From IMG/VR virus record IMGVR_UViG_3300009158_000042: a stretch of DNA of 20,000 bases; one strand, given 5' to 3'. This DNA comes from an uncultured virus (IMG/VR IMGVR_UViG_3300009158_000042) (lineage: Duplodnaviria; Heunggongvirae; Uroviricota; Caudoviricetes). Of this stretch, positions 1-8,477 are shown piece by piece (position 1 is the first letter of the stretch; each line of letters starts with the position of its first letter). The position numbers and the translations under genes were made by a program. A model generated the notes under the pieces. The model was not told the DNA's origin and searched no databases. It saw only the letters and a program-made list of their open reading frames with translations.

Positions 1-3000
1 CTAGCTTTAGTTCTTCTTTATAGGCTTCATCTTCTTTGAAACGTTTTCTTCTGACATTTAGTATTTCAAGTGCTTTTGCCCAAGTATCAACATCTGGTCC
101 GAATGCTTCATTTAGTGCTCTAATTTGTGCTTCTTTGTCTATTTGTCCAAAACCATCTTCGGCAGGCTCAAGTCTGTTGTATCGCTTGTATTTTTCGTAA
201 AGTTCCCAATACTTGAATTTCTCCTGCTCAGGGTTGGCAAATTCGAGTGTTTGGTCGAAACTGTCATCATGATTTCCACCTCTGGCTACGGTAAAACGAG
301 TTGATTCTCTGCCAGAAGAAAGTCTTGTGCTTCCCTCTTCTTTCTGGGCTGCAACAAAAGACTCTTTGTCTGATTCAAATTTTTTTACATCGGCGTCAAA
401 CTTTTCGCGCTCAAGTCTTAGTTTTTCATCGCGGCGCTTTCTGCTAAGTACAGAAGTGTCCCAGTTGTTTTCTATAGCACCATCAATTATCTTTTGCATT
501 ACCTGACTGGTTGCGAAGGCATCAGCGTCTGCGTTGTGATGTCCGTCGCCAAGTTCCACGCCGAGGTATTCGGTAATGGCGGCAAGGCTGCTGGATGGTT
601 TGGTTGTCCCGTCTCTACTACTTACGATATGTGGGCCATCTGGGCTATCTTCGCTCCATACCGGAAGGGTAAGAGAACTTATTTCGCGAGTATCTAAATA
701 ACCGCGTGGTGTCCAATCGATACCGCTTTCACGTAAAGCATCATCAAGAACGTTCTTGTCGAAAGTTGCGTTCTGAACGCCGATGATTGCGTCTGGGCCA
801 ATAAACTCAGCAACCTGTCTATGCGCTTCAGCCATGGGCATTTGCGTGGCAAGCCATTCATTGGTAATCGGATTACCGTCTGCGTCTTTAAGATTTGCTA
901 AAGACCATTCTCCTAGTGGTTCTTCTGGGTTCATAAACAGATTTAATCTGCCTATTTCTTCCCCATTTTTCATGCGAACTAGGCCAATTTGTGTTGGTTT
1001 TCCGTTGGTTGTGGCTTTACCAAACTCGTCAAAATTCAGGCCGGTTGTCTCATAGTCGAGAAATACAATTTCGGCATCGTTGTATTTCTTCTTGAACTCT
1101 TCCCATGAATTAGAGTCGCCAAAGTATGAATCTGCTTCACCAAGGAAAGCTCCAAGCGTTGGTTCGCGTGGATATCGTGGAGCCTTGCCGCTAGATAGGC
1201 GGTCTCCCATCTGTTCCTCAAGCTGGTTAAATGCTTGAGAATCGTCAACTTCAGGAGCCCGTGAGGTTTTAACTGACAGAACCCTGGCAAGTTCTTCCTT
1301 GAGCACATCTCTCTTCCAAACATCTTTATCTTCTTCGCTCTTGCCACTAGGACCACGGTATTCAAATATAACAGGGAGTTTTTCGGACTTGACCAGAACT
1401 CTTAGCCATGCTTCATATGGCGTAGTTGATTTATCTGGGATTATTTCTTCTTTAGACAACCCCTTATCCCCGAAGTTTTTGTCAAACCACACATCTGTCA
1501 TTGCTGGGTTAAACATCTCAACATCGTCAGTTTTAAATACTCCGCCCCTAATGTTAGGAACTACCTCTATGCCATACTCTCGCATTAGTTCATCACGTGA
1601 TTGCGCCATATCAATCAGGAGACTCACATTGCTTTCGTTATTCTCGTTGTAGTCCTTGCTAAGTTCTCCCAACTCTTTTCTAAACTCTTTTGGTGTAGCA
1701 ATTATTGCTTGAACTTCTTCAGGCTTGAATCTTCCAAGAACTAATGCTTCTTTGTAACTTGCTGATATGCCATTGTCGGAACTAGCCTCAAATGCTCCGG
1801 ATGGTGTTGGGTAAGTGTCGCCAGTCTTGTAGTCATAAAGTATGCCAAGTGGACTAAAACTACTAAGAAACACTCCATCTTCACCCAGTGAACTGAGTTG
1901 AAGAGGCGCATTGTCTTTCATTGACATATCAACTGTGTCTGCATCAAAAACCCTAGTGCGCTCTGCAACTTCTGGTCGTAGCACAAAATGTGAATCGCCG
2001 TACTTTTGTGTTCTGTTCTGCGAAGCCTCTAGTGCTGCTCCTGCAGGACCTTCGTACATAAGTTTAATGTCGTCTCCGTATATTTTTTTAAACTTTTCTT
2101 CTCGTGCTAATGCTGTTTTTGAAGTAGTAACATAGCCCGATGATGGTCTAAGTTCTCTTACTTCTGGAGGGTCTTCCACCCCTTCTTCAAACGGTAAACC
2201 TAATAGATTGCCTTCAACCTTTCGTCTGGCACTGGTAGTAATAGCATCGCCTATTAGGTTCATAGACTCAATATCAGCTGCTTCTCTTTCTTCTTTGTCA
2301 TGTTGAGTGAGTATGGTGCGATTGCCCTTAATAAACGAGGCAATGCTTCTTGTCCTTACGAGCACCCGTGTGTCGATAGATTTACCATACGCTTCAGACG
2401 CCTTCCTCATGTCTGCATTCAACTGTTCTGGGGTGGCTGTTTTTAGATAAGTTTTAAACTCGTCAATTTTTGCAACCATTTCAGTATCGCCCCTAGCGAT
2501 ATGTATCTGTCTTGATATTTCTAATGCTACGCTCGGAGGAATAGGGTCTCCTTTTGCCCATACTCCAGACTCACGAAGTCTTGCTTGTATGGGGAAAAAC
2601 GCTGCCTCGGCATCCCTGCCGGTCATCTCCGAAGTAAAAAACTTTCCTTCTGCTACTACTTCGTTTATGTAATCAATAGCCTCTTGCGGAAGAATTGTAT
2701 CTTTTTTAAAGTAATAGTCAATTTGACGCTTGGCGGACTCTGCTGTTTCTTTTATTCTTGTATCGAGTTTTTCTTTGCTTACTTTTTCTTCAAAGTTCGT
2801 GCCGTAACCGAGTCGTTCTTTCAAGGCTCTTAGTTTCCCAAATATTTCCTGCGTATAAGCTGCGGATATATCGGCATTATTTATTTCGGTACCACTAGAA
2901 AGTTTTTTGGTTACTTCTGGGTCGTAGCCCCATTCAAGCCAAGAGTCGCCGGCTGTATAAATATCCTTAGCCTTGACTCGCTTCTTTATGATTTGATATT

Positions 3001-3805
3001 CGCCACGCAGTGCTCCATCGCCGTGCATAACTGCGTACTCTCGAATTGGGGTAACCCAGTCACCGGGGGTTATCTTCATGTCGTCTGGTGGAAGATTCTT
3101 TAGTCTCTCTATTTCGTCTCGAACACCCTGAGACCAATCGCTAGGTTCGATACTTCTGCTGGTTCCTTCTGGAAGTTTGCCACGCGCCATATATCTGGCG
3201 AGTTGTTTTTCTAGTTTTTCTATCTTTTTACTGTTTGAAAGAGGCACCGCACGATAAATAGTCACCTCGGCATTTGGCTTGCCTTTGTATTGCTTAATCA
3301 GGCTGGCGGCTATTGGGTCAAGCTGGTCATCCCCGACACCATAAAAACGTATTGCATCGGCAGAATAGACGTCCTCTGGATAAACTCCACCATCTGCCAA
3401 CATGTCATGTAGGGGAGCGCCTGCGCCTCTTTCTGGAGCTCCATGCTGGCCTCTGTAGTCCTCGTTAGCGCCCGAAGACATTCTTCTGGCTGTCTCAGTG
3501 CCTCTTGTGGGCGAATCTATGCCAATAAAACGTGGATTAGTTGAGCCTTCGTCTACCCAGCCGTCATTGTCGGGGTCAAAGTTGCTGAGGGTGGGTTTTC
3601 TGTAGCCACGAACTCCGCCCGTCGGTGCATCAATGTCCATCCCGCCACGGCGGCGTCTTCCTTCGCCAATGCTTGGCCTATCCACTAGTCGGCTACCGAC
3701 TAATCGGGCGAGTCTATTTCCAAGCGCTTTCTGCTCTACTGAGGCAGGGCGCGCTCTACGGGATTCCTCTATGGGAATAAGGAACTCATTATCATCGACA
3801 GACAT
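1..3805 (-). CDS. Giant multidomain (polyvalent) protein / candidate polyprotein, 5' part only (>1268 aa): leader, ART-like domain, DUF3626-like domain, DEDDh 3'-5' exonuclease, further module
   Basis: Manual translation from ATG 3805 (MSVDDNEFLIP...) to the window edge (...EDEAYKEELKL) shows no stop codon, so it is absent from the ORF track. Motifs: VTIYRAVP...ITPGDWVT...EWGYD; ELRPSSGYV...KYGDSHFVLRPEVAERT...YKEALVLG; VFLDYETTGL / QNATFD / HNADAD. Confidence 0.93.
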   Translation of the reverse strand, partial: MSVDDNEFLIPIEESRRARPASVEQKALGNRLARLVGSRLVDRPSIGEGRRRRGGMDIDAPTGGVRGYRKPTLSNFDPDNDGWVDEGSTNPRFIGIDSPTRGTETARRMSSGANEDYRGQHGAPERGAGAPLHDMLADGGVYPEDVYSADAIRFYGVGDDQLDPIAASLIKQYKGKPNAEVTIYRAVPLSNSKKIEKLEKQLARYMARGKLPEGTSRSIEPSDWSQGVRDEIERLKNLPPDDMKITPGDWVTPIREYAVMHGDGALRGEYQIIKKRVKAKDIYTAGDSWLEWGYDPEVTKKLSSGTEINNADISAAYTQEIFGKLRALKERLGYGTNFEEKVSKEKLDTRIKETAESAKRQIDYYFKKDTILPQEAIDYINEVVAEGKFFTSEMTGRDAEAAFFPIQARLRESGVWAKGDPIPPSVALEISRQIHIARGDTEMVAKIDEFKTYLKTATPEQLNADMRKASEAYGKSIDTRVLVRTRSIASFIKGNRTILTQHDKEEREAADIESMNLIGDAITTSARRKVEGNLLGLPFEEGVEDPPEVRELRPSSGYVTTSKTALAREEKFKKIYGDDIKLMYEGPAGAALEASQNRTQKYGDSHFVLRPEVAERTRVFDADTVDMSMKDNAPLQLSSLGEDGVFLSSFSPLGILYDYKTGDTYPTPSGAFEASSDNGISASYKEALVLGRFKPEEVQAIIATPKEFRKELGELSKDYNENNESNVSLLIDMAQSRDELMREYGIEVVPNIRGGVFKTDDVEMFNPAMTDVWFDKNFGDKGLSKEEIIPDKSTTPYEAWLRVLVKSEKLPVIFEYRGPSGKSEEDKDVWKRDVLKEELARVLSVKTSRAPEVDDSQAFNQLEEQMGDRLSSGKAPRYPREPTLGAFLGEADSYFGDSNSWEEFKKKYNDAEIVFLDYETTGLNFDEFGKATTNGKPTQIGLVRMKNGEEIGRLNLFMNPEEPLGEWSLANLKDADGNPITNEWLATQMPMAEAHRQVAEFIGPDAIIGVQNATFDKNVLDDALRESGIDWTPRGYLDTREISSLTLPVWSEDSPDGPHIVSSRDGTTKPSSSLAAITEYLGVELGDGHHNADADAFATSQVMQKIIDGAIENNWDTSVLSRKRRDEKLRLEREKFDADVKKFESDKESFVAAQKEEGSTRLSSGRESTRFTVARGGNHDDSFDQTLEFANPEQEKFKYWELYEKYKRYNRLEPAEDGFGQIDKEAQIRALNEAFGPDVDTWAKALEILNVRRKRFKEDEAYKEELKL

Positions 3806-3813
3806 TCAAAGCA

Positions 3814-3822
3814 ATAATAGCA
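3814..3822 (-). promoter_or_regulatory. Extended -10 promoter (TGcTATTAT), probably giving a leaderless or near-leaderless transcript of the giant ORF
   Basis: Minus strand reads gTGcTATTAT-tgctttga-ATG(3805); no Shine-Dalgarno present. Confidence 0.55.
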
Positions 3823-3854
3823 CTGCTTTCAGCGCTAAAACACAGATAAATAAG

Positions 3855-4178
3855 CTATGGGAGGCGTTGTCCACACTTCATGCAAGTCCTAGCCCACGGA
3901 TAGTATTTAACGAACTCTACGGGGTGACTACATTCAAGAATATTCTTGGCTTCAGTGTTGAGGGTTTTTCTAATCCACGCAGAAACTGTCAACTGTTCTT
4001 TTAAGGATGCATCTTTCCACCGGTCACGTTCGTAGTCTGTCGTGCGTATAAGTATTTGCTTATCTGCCGGACCATCGTCGTTTTTTACAATCGGAGCCAC
4101 AGACATGTCGATATTTTCAGCAACTTTATCCATTGCGGCCCTAATGTTTGAATTAGTTGGCTCTTCTATGTCACTCAT
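3855..4178 (-). CDS. Small DNA-binding protein (ribbon-helix-helix-like) with C-terminal Cys/His zinc-ribbon
   Basis: QILIRTTDYERDRWKDAS...TVSAWIRKTLN has the strand-helix-helix RHH pattern; CSH...CMKC at the C-terminus; overlaps the end of the upstream gene. Confidence 0.6.
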   Translation of the reverse strand: MSDIEEPTNSNIRAAMDKVAENIDMSVAPIVKNDDGPADKQILIRTTDYERDRWKDASLKEQLTVSAWIRKTLNTEAKNILECSHPVEFVKYYPWARTCMKCGQRLP

Positions 4179-4791
4179 TTTTTTCCTCTTCTATCACTTC
4201 AGCATCGATGATGTCAGAATCCTTGTCACCCATAAGCAAGCGAACGGTACTTTCTGGCAAAACACCAGAAATAGCCATAAGCTCCAAAAGCTTCTTGGAT
4301 TCAGATTCCGAGTCTACTCCAGTTAGTGGCTTCGTAACGCCAGGTTGACCGGCAATGGTAGCCCTAACGGTCTGTGAACCATTTACATCCATCTGGACGT
4401 TAATGTTCGTATGTTCCATTCCCAGCAGTTTTGTTCTGCGGTCCATGATTGACAAGACTTGCTGAATTGCCTTAAGGTCTGGCTCTACCTGTATTTCCGT
4501 GCCATCGTCTGTGACTACGCGCCTATGCTGGGTTAGTGGCCAAATAGCCTGCTGTAGGTTGTCTAGGCGCTCCAGCTCCATTCTCAAGACCTCGGGGTAG
4601 GCAAGTATTGCCTCTCTGTTCATCTTCTCAAGTTGACGCTGAATAGAGCGAGAGACAGATGACGTTGAAACGCCAAATCTTCTAGCTATCTCGTTTACGG
4701 ATGTACCAGCTTGACGCATCTTAAATATGCGCATGTCTCGTTCGCTTAAAAACTCTTTGGTTGTTATCGGCTTTGCTTTGTCGTCACTCAT
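4171..4791 (-). CDS. Phage helix-turn-helix protein (possibly terminase small subunit-like)
   Basis: N-terminal HTH GTSVNEIARRFGVSTSSVSRSI, then ELERLD..Q.AIW and AI..VL.IMDRR.KLLG, a pattern common in phage HTH proteins; ATGA-coupled to the primase-helicase. Confidence 0.65.
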   Translation of the reverse strand: MSDDKAKPITTKEFLSERDMRIFKMRQAGTSVNEIARRFGVSTSSVSRSIQRQLEKMNREAILAYPEVLRMELERLDNLQQAIWPLTQHRRVVTDDGTEIQVEPDLKAIQQVLSIMDRRTKLLGMEHTNINVQMDVNGSQTVRATIAGQPGVTKPLTGVDSESESKKLLELMAISGVLPESTVRLLMGDKDSDIIDAEVIEEEKNE

Positions 4792-6611
4792 TTAGATACG
4801 TGGTTCCACTCAATTACCTCAAACGGGAATCTTTTCCCACGTCTCATTTTAGTAGGCCAATGCCTCTCATCGCGTGCACCTCTGAAGTGTTTCACATCGT
4901 ACACATACTCACCTAGAGCCGTTGGGTCGGGAGTGAGGGAGATACCGAACTCTGGCCACCTCGACCATACCGCTGAACCAAATGGTCGCAATTCTCTTGA
5001 CGTCATGCTTGAGCCCAGTGGGGCGTGATGCTCAATCCATAGAGCACAGCCATACACGACACGAATAGTGTCAAGATACTTGGCTACTTCTAGAGCTACT
5101 GATTCTGAAGTTCTGCCACCTGGGTCAAGGAACGCTTTATAAAGAGGTCCTATCAACAGTATTTGTGGCTTCACGTCTTCAATAGCCTGCTCCAGTACTG
5201 CTCTGTCTGAGGCTTTCATTAGGTCCATGCCGGACGGTTTTGTTAATACGTAGGCGTCAAACCTGTCGGTCCTTGAATACGCCATTGCGTCTTTGGCAAT
5301 AGCACGAGAGGTTCGTCTAATAATCTTTTCTGGGTTTTCAAGGTCGACAGTTAATGTCCTAACCCTCGGCATTGGCTGCAACGAAAGGGGATGAATCCCG
5401 CACGAAGAAAGAATAGCAACCTGTCTAGCAAGCATTGTCTTGCCAACACCTTCGGCTGCTACGACGATTACACGCTCTGACTTTTCTAGCAAACCAGGGA
5501 TAACCCATTCGTAGGATTCGTCATCCGATTCACCCAGGAAGTCGTTCCACTGAACGAGTCTTCCAGTATCTACCGCCCTAGTCATACTGGCAGTAGCAAT
5601 AATTAAATTGCTTTTTGCAATCTTTTGAAGAGGGCTTATGTCTTTTCTGTCAAGCAAGTCTTGTAGTTTGGCTAGAGCCATTTCTTCAAGCGACTCTTGT
5701 TCTTCATCTTCTTCAACTAGTTGATTATTTGTGGATTCTTGAATCCCAACATTCTCTTGCTCTGTAAATCTGTATTCCTCAATAGCAATGAGTTCATCAA
5801 GTTCTCCACCAGCACCAATGTGGTCGGATATGTCTTTTGCTTCTGGACACATCCAAATCTGTGCATCACACCCAGCGTCAATTAATGTTTCAAATACTTT
5901 CTTAGCGTGAGCAATACCTACTTCATCATGGTCTGCAATTATTTCAATTACAGCACCAGACAAAGCCTCGGTATGAATGTCGAGCCACTTGCCCGCACCG
6001 CCAGGCATTGTTGTTGCTATCTCTCCAAGTGAGGCAAGCGTATTCGCGTCCTTTTCACCTTCTACCAACCAAATGGGAATTCCCTCTTGTTTGGCTGCCA
6101 GAACTAAGGGAAGATTGTAGAGAACTTTCGGTATCTCACCGAGACTGTATTCCCACCCACCGTTTCCATCCGGTTTGCGTTGGCGAAATGTTTTTTTTCC
6201 TTCTTCGTCTATGTAGCGAAGTTTCTGAAATAAAACGTTTCCGTCAGCATCAACATAGTTGTACGTATCTACCAGCGTTGTTTTCAATGCTTGCTTTGGT
6301 GCCTGTGCTGGCTTGTTAATCTTTAAAGGTTTCTCAGTAAGAAAACTTTTAGCAGAAGAAAGAGTATCGTCTCCTGGCATTAAGTCAGACACATGTAGTC
6401 CAACAGACGCACATATTGCTTCTACGTCACAAGATTGACCACGATGGCAAGTGACCAGTACTCGTCCATCATCCCCTTGCCCAACGGAGAGTGAAGGGTT
6501 TGAGTCGTCGTTTCTGCACGGGCATCTAGCCTGCCAGCCTGAACCAGTCTTGCGAACACCCTCAAGCCGCTGTAAAAAATTTTCTGTTATCTGAGATGCG
6601 ATTACTGACAT
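4788..6611 (-). CDS. DNA primase-helicase (Zn-binding + TOPRIM + RecA/AAA_25-type helicase)
   Basis: CPCRNDDSNPSLS...CHRGQSC zinc motif; TOPRIM VEGEKD and ADHD; Walker A AAEGVGKT; DLEN; HH and RPFGS motifs. Confidence 0.9.
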   Translation of the reverse strand: MSVIASQITENFLQRLEGVRKTGSGWQARCPCRNDDSNPSLSVGQGDDGRVLVTCHRGQSCDVEAICASVGLHVSDLMPGDDTLSSAKSFLTEKPLKINKPAQAPKQALKTTLVDTYNYVDADGNVLFQKLRYIDEEGKKTFRQRKPDGNGGWEYSLGEIPKVLYNLPLVLAAKQEGIPIWLVEGEKDANTLASLGEIATTMPGGAGKWLDIHTEALSGAVIEIIADHDEVGIAHAKKVFETLIDAGCDAQIWMCPEAKDISDHIGAGGELDELIAIEEYRFTEQENVGIQESTNNQLVEEDEEQESLEEMALAKLQDLLDRKDISPLQKIAKSNLIIATASMTRAVDTGRLVQWNDFLGESDDESYEWVIPGLLEKSERVIVVAAEGVGKTMLARQVAILSSCGIHPLSLQPMPRVRTLTVDLENPEKIIRRTSRAIAKDAMAYSRTDRFDAYVLTKPSGMDLMKASDRAVLEQAIEDVKPQILLIGPLYKAFLDPGGRTSESVALEVAKYLDTIRVVYGCALWIEHHAPLGSSMTSRELRPFGSAVWSRWPEFGISLTPDPTALGEYVYDVKHFRGARDERHWPTKMRRGKRFPFEVIEWNHVSK

Positions 6612-6629
6612 TTAGCAGGCCTGTCGTGG

Positions 6630-6959
6630 TTAGTTTGGCAAAAGAATGTTGATTGGTTCTCGCGGTACTACGAAAATATTTAAGCGCCGACGCATTGTTT
6701 GTCTTTCACGTTCAGTCATCCCGCCCCATATCCCGAAGTGCTCATGATACAGGCCGTATGAAAGACATTCTTCCTTAACGTGACAGTCGGAACATATTTG
6801 TAAAGCAATACCGGTATTCATTCTGGCTTTTCTGTAGTTATCAGAAAAATTTCCTGGCTGAGTTTTATCAGCGTGTGGATACCAGATGTTTGGGTTAAGA
6901 CCTTTGCAATCACCATCTCTTGGTGGTGTGTCAACTCTTTGCATCTTTTCCCCGTTCAA
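6630..6959 (-). CDS. whiB: WhiB-family Fe-S transcriptional regulator (start may be ATG 6944)
   Basis: Four Cys (CKG...ICSDCHVKEECL) plus GIWGG followed by ERER, the WhiB signature. Confidence 0.92.
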   Translation of the reverse strand: MNGEKMQRVDTPPRDGDCKGLNPNIWYPHADKTQPGNFSDNYRKARMNTGIALQICSDCHVKEECLSYGLYHEHFGIWGGMTERERQTMRRRLNIFVVPREPINILLPN

Positions 6960-6976
6960 GTAGTTAACGAAGAATA

Positions 6977-7387
6977 CTATCTTGCGTCAGACAGTCTTGC
7001 TACGTCGATTGAAGAAAGATATATCGTTGCGCTGCGTATAACAAGTTGACCATCAATGTCTTGAGCTTTTATGTCTACGGCGTCTTGTGATATGTTGAAC
7101 TTTGCTGCTATAGAAGCACGTGTTTGTTCTATGTGTAATTCTTCGTCAATCAATGTTGATTCGTAATATCTAGGAATCTTTGTATTTGCTAAAGCTTTTA
7201 ACTCTGTGTCTTTTTCGCTTGCGCGTAGGCACCATGCACAAGCTAAAACTTTTGTTGTTGCTGCTCTTTTACGAGACTCAACATGACCGCAAGAAAGTCT
7301 ATGAAGATAAACAAAATGACCCCATCTGCCGGTCTTCGATATTTCAATTATCTCCCTACGGGGAGCACGTCTGTGGTCGGTGGTCAT
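6977..7387 (-). CDS. Hypothetical protein with putative Zn-binding motifs
   Basis: 136 aa ATG ORF in the co-oriented cluster; LSCGH...CAWC; TATTGT -10 box 6 nt upstream of the ATG. Confidence 0.7.
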   Translation of the reverse strand: MTTDHRRAPRREIIEISKTGRWGHFVYLHRLSCGHVESRKRAATTKVLACAWCLRASEKDTELKALANTKIPRYYESTLIDEELHIEQTRASIAAKFNISQDAVDIKAQDIDGQLVIRSATIYLSSIDVARLSDAR

Positions 7388-7416
7388 TTAACCACAATAC
7401 ATCAATAAGTCAATGC

Positions 7417-7755
7417 TTATTTGAGGCGAAGAATCTTACGAATCCAGCTTTTCTTCTTTTTTACTTCAGAAGCAAATGTGACGTTAATTTTCTCAACTAC
7501 ATCGTCAACCTCGTCAAAAAAGATTCGAACTACTTCTTCTTTAACAGGGTCTGCCAAAGTAATTAATTCGTCGTCAAACTCAACAGCAATCGCTGTGGCT
7601 GATTTCTTTTTAGGAGCGGTCTTAGCAGCGGCAGCTTTTTTCGCCGGAGCTGGTTTAGGGGAACTCTTTTTTGGAGCAGCCTTTTTTGAAGTTGTTGCCT
7701 TTTTGGCGACCTGCTTCTTTGGGGATGTTTTCTGTGTGGTTTTTTTCTGAGCCAT
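7417..7755 (-). CDS. Histone H1-like Lys/Ala-rich protein
   Basis: KKAAPKK, PAPAKKAAAAKTAPKKK repeats followed by an acidic segment. Start placed at ATG 7755 (MAQKK), 7 nt below a TAGAGT -10 box, rather than at 7788. Confidence 0.7.
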   Translation of the reverse strand: MAQKKTTQKTSPKKQVAKKATTSKKAAPKKSSPKPAPAKKAAAAKTAPKKKSATAIAVEFDDELITLADPVKEEVVRIFFDEVDDVVEKINVTFASEVKKKKSWIRKILRLK

Positions 7756-7844
7756 GGGGAATACTCTAATACACCGGTATGTCGTCATGGCGGAACCAAT
7801 AACTCTTTACGGCCTGAAGTGCATGCATTGCTTAGTATCTAGGG

Positions 7845-8477
7845 ATGGAAGAGCATGTAAATGATATTAGTAAAATGGCACTTGCTCTCACCTCTGCCCA
7901 AATGGCAAAGGATTTGGCAATTTCTGAATTTGGTCTGGGCGAAGACGTTTCTATGCACTTTATGTCCTGGGACGACTCGTATTTAAGGGCTATTTGTCAA
8001 ATGGGCGAGGCCCTGTCCAAGAAAAGCCCTGAAGAACGATTTATTCAAGCCAGAAGTCTTTGTTTAATTCTACGCAAATACTGGTGGTCAACGGCCATTA
8101 CTATGGTTTCTGAAGGGTACTGCTCGCTAGATAACGAGAAAACCAAGGGAATGGACCTCTCTGTGGCTTTTGCCGACGCCGCACTGCCTGTATACGAATG
8201 CATAACCGTCAGTCATGTTGGCTCAGACGAGGATGGCAACGTACTGCCGATATCCATGGTTGCAGCCCCTTACAAGGTTGGTCTTGGGAGGAAGGTCACG
8301 TGGAACGAAGTTCTCGTATATCCAGAAATAGCCGAGAACTACATAAAACAGACAAAATACCCAACAATGCTTAAAAACGTCATGTTTGAAGACGTGGAGG
8401 AAGTGGCTAATCCGGCTGTACTGACTGACATGAGGCAGGAAATCGCATCCCTAGGTTTCCTTATGCAAGAATTTTAA
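7845..8477 (+). CDS. Hypothetical protein
   Basis: 210 aa ATG ORF, first gene of the plus-strand block; TAGTAT -10 box 6 nt upstream; no family recognised. Confidence 0.75.
   Translation: MEEHVNDISKMALALTSAQMAKDLAISEFGLGEDVSMHFMSWDDSYLRAICQMGEALSKKSPEERFIQARSLCLILRKYWWSTAITMVSEGYCSLDNEKTKGMDLSVAFADAALPVYECITVSHVGSDEDGNVLPISMVAAPYKVGLGRKVTWNEVLVYPEIAENYIKQTKYPTMLKNVMFEDVEEVANPAVLTDMRQEIASLGFLMQEF

Noticed and set aside
2135..2149. RPSSG inside module 2 as a fifth delimiter
   Set aside because: It has Pro instead of Leu/Met and aligns with the internal RP.YG motif of the DUF3626-like domain, so it is within a fold rather than a linker.
494..4348. Short ORFs in the track (494-697, 783-1055, 1036-1365, 1299-1652, 1911-2135, 2585-2833, 3633-4004, 4042-4326, 4157-4348)
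   Set aside because: They are antisense or out-of-frame shadows of the giant minus-strand ORF and its neighbours, with no recognisable motifs.
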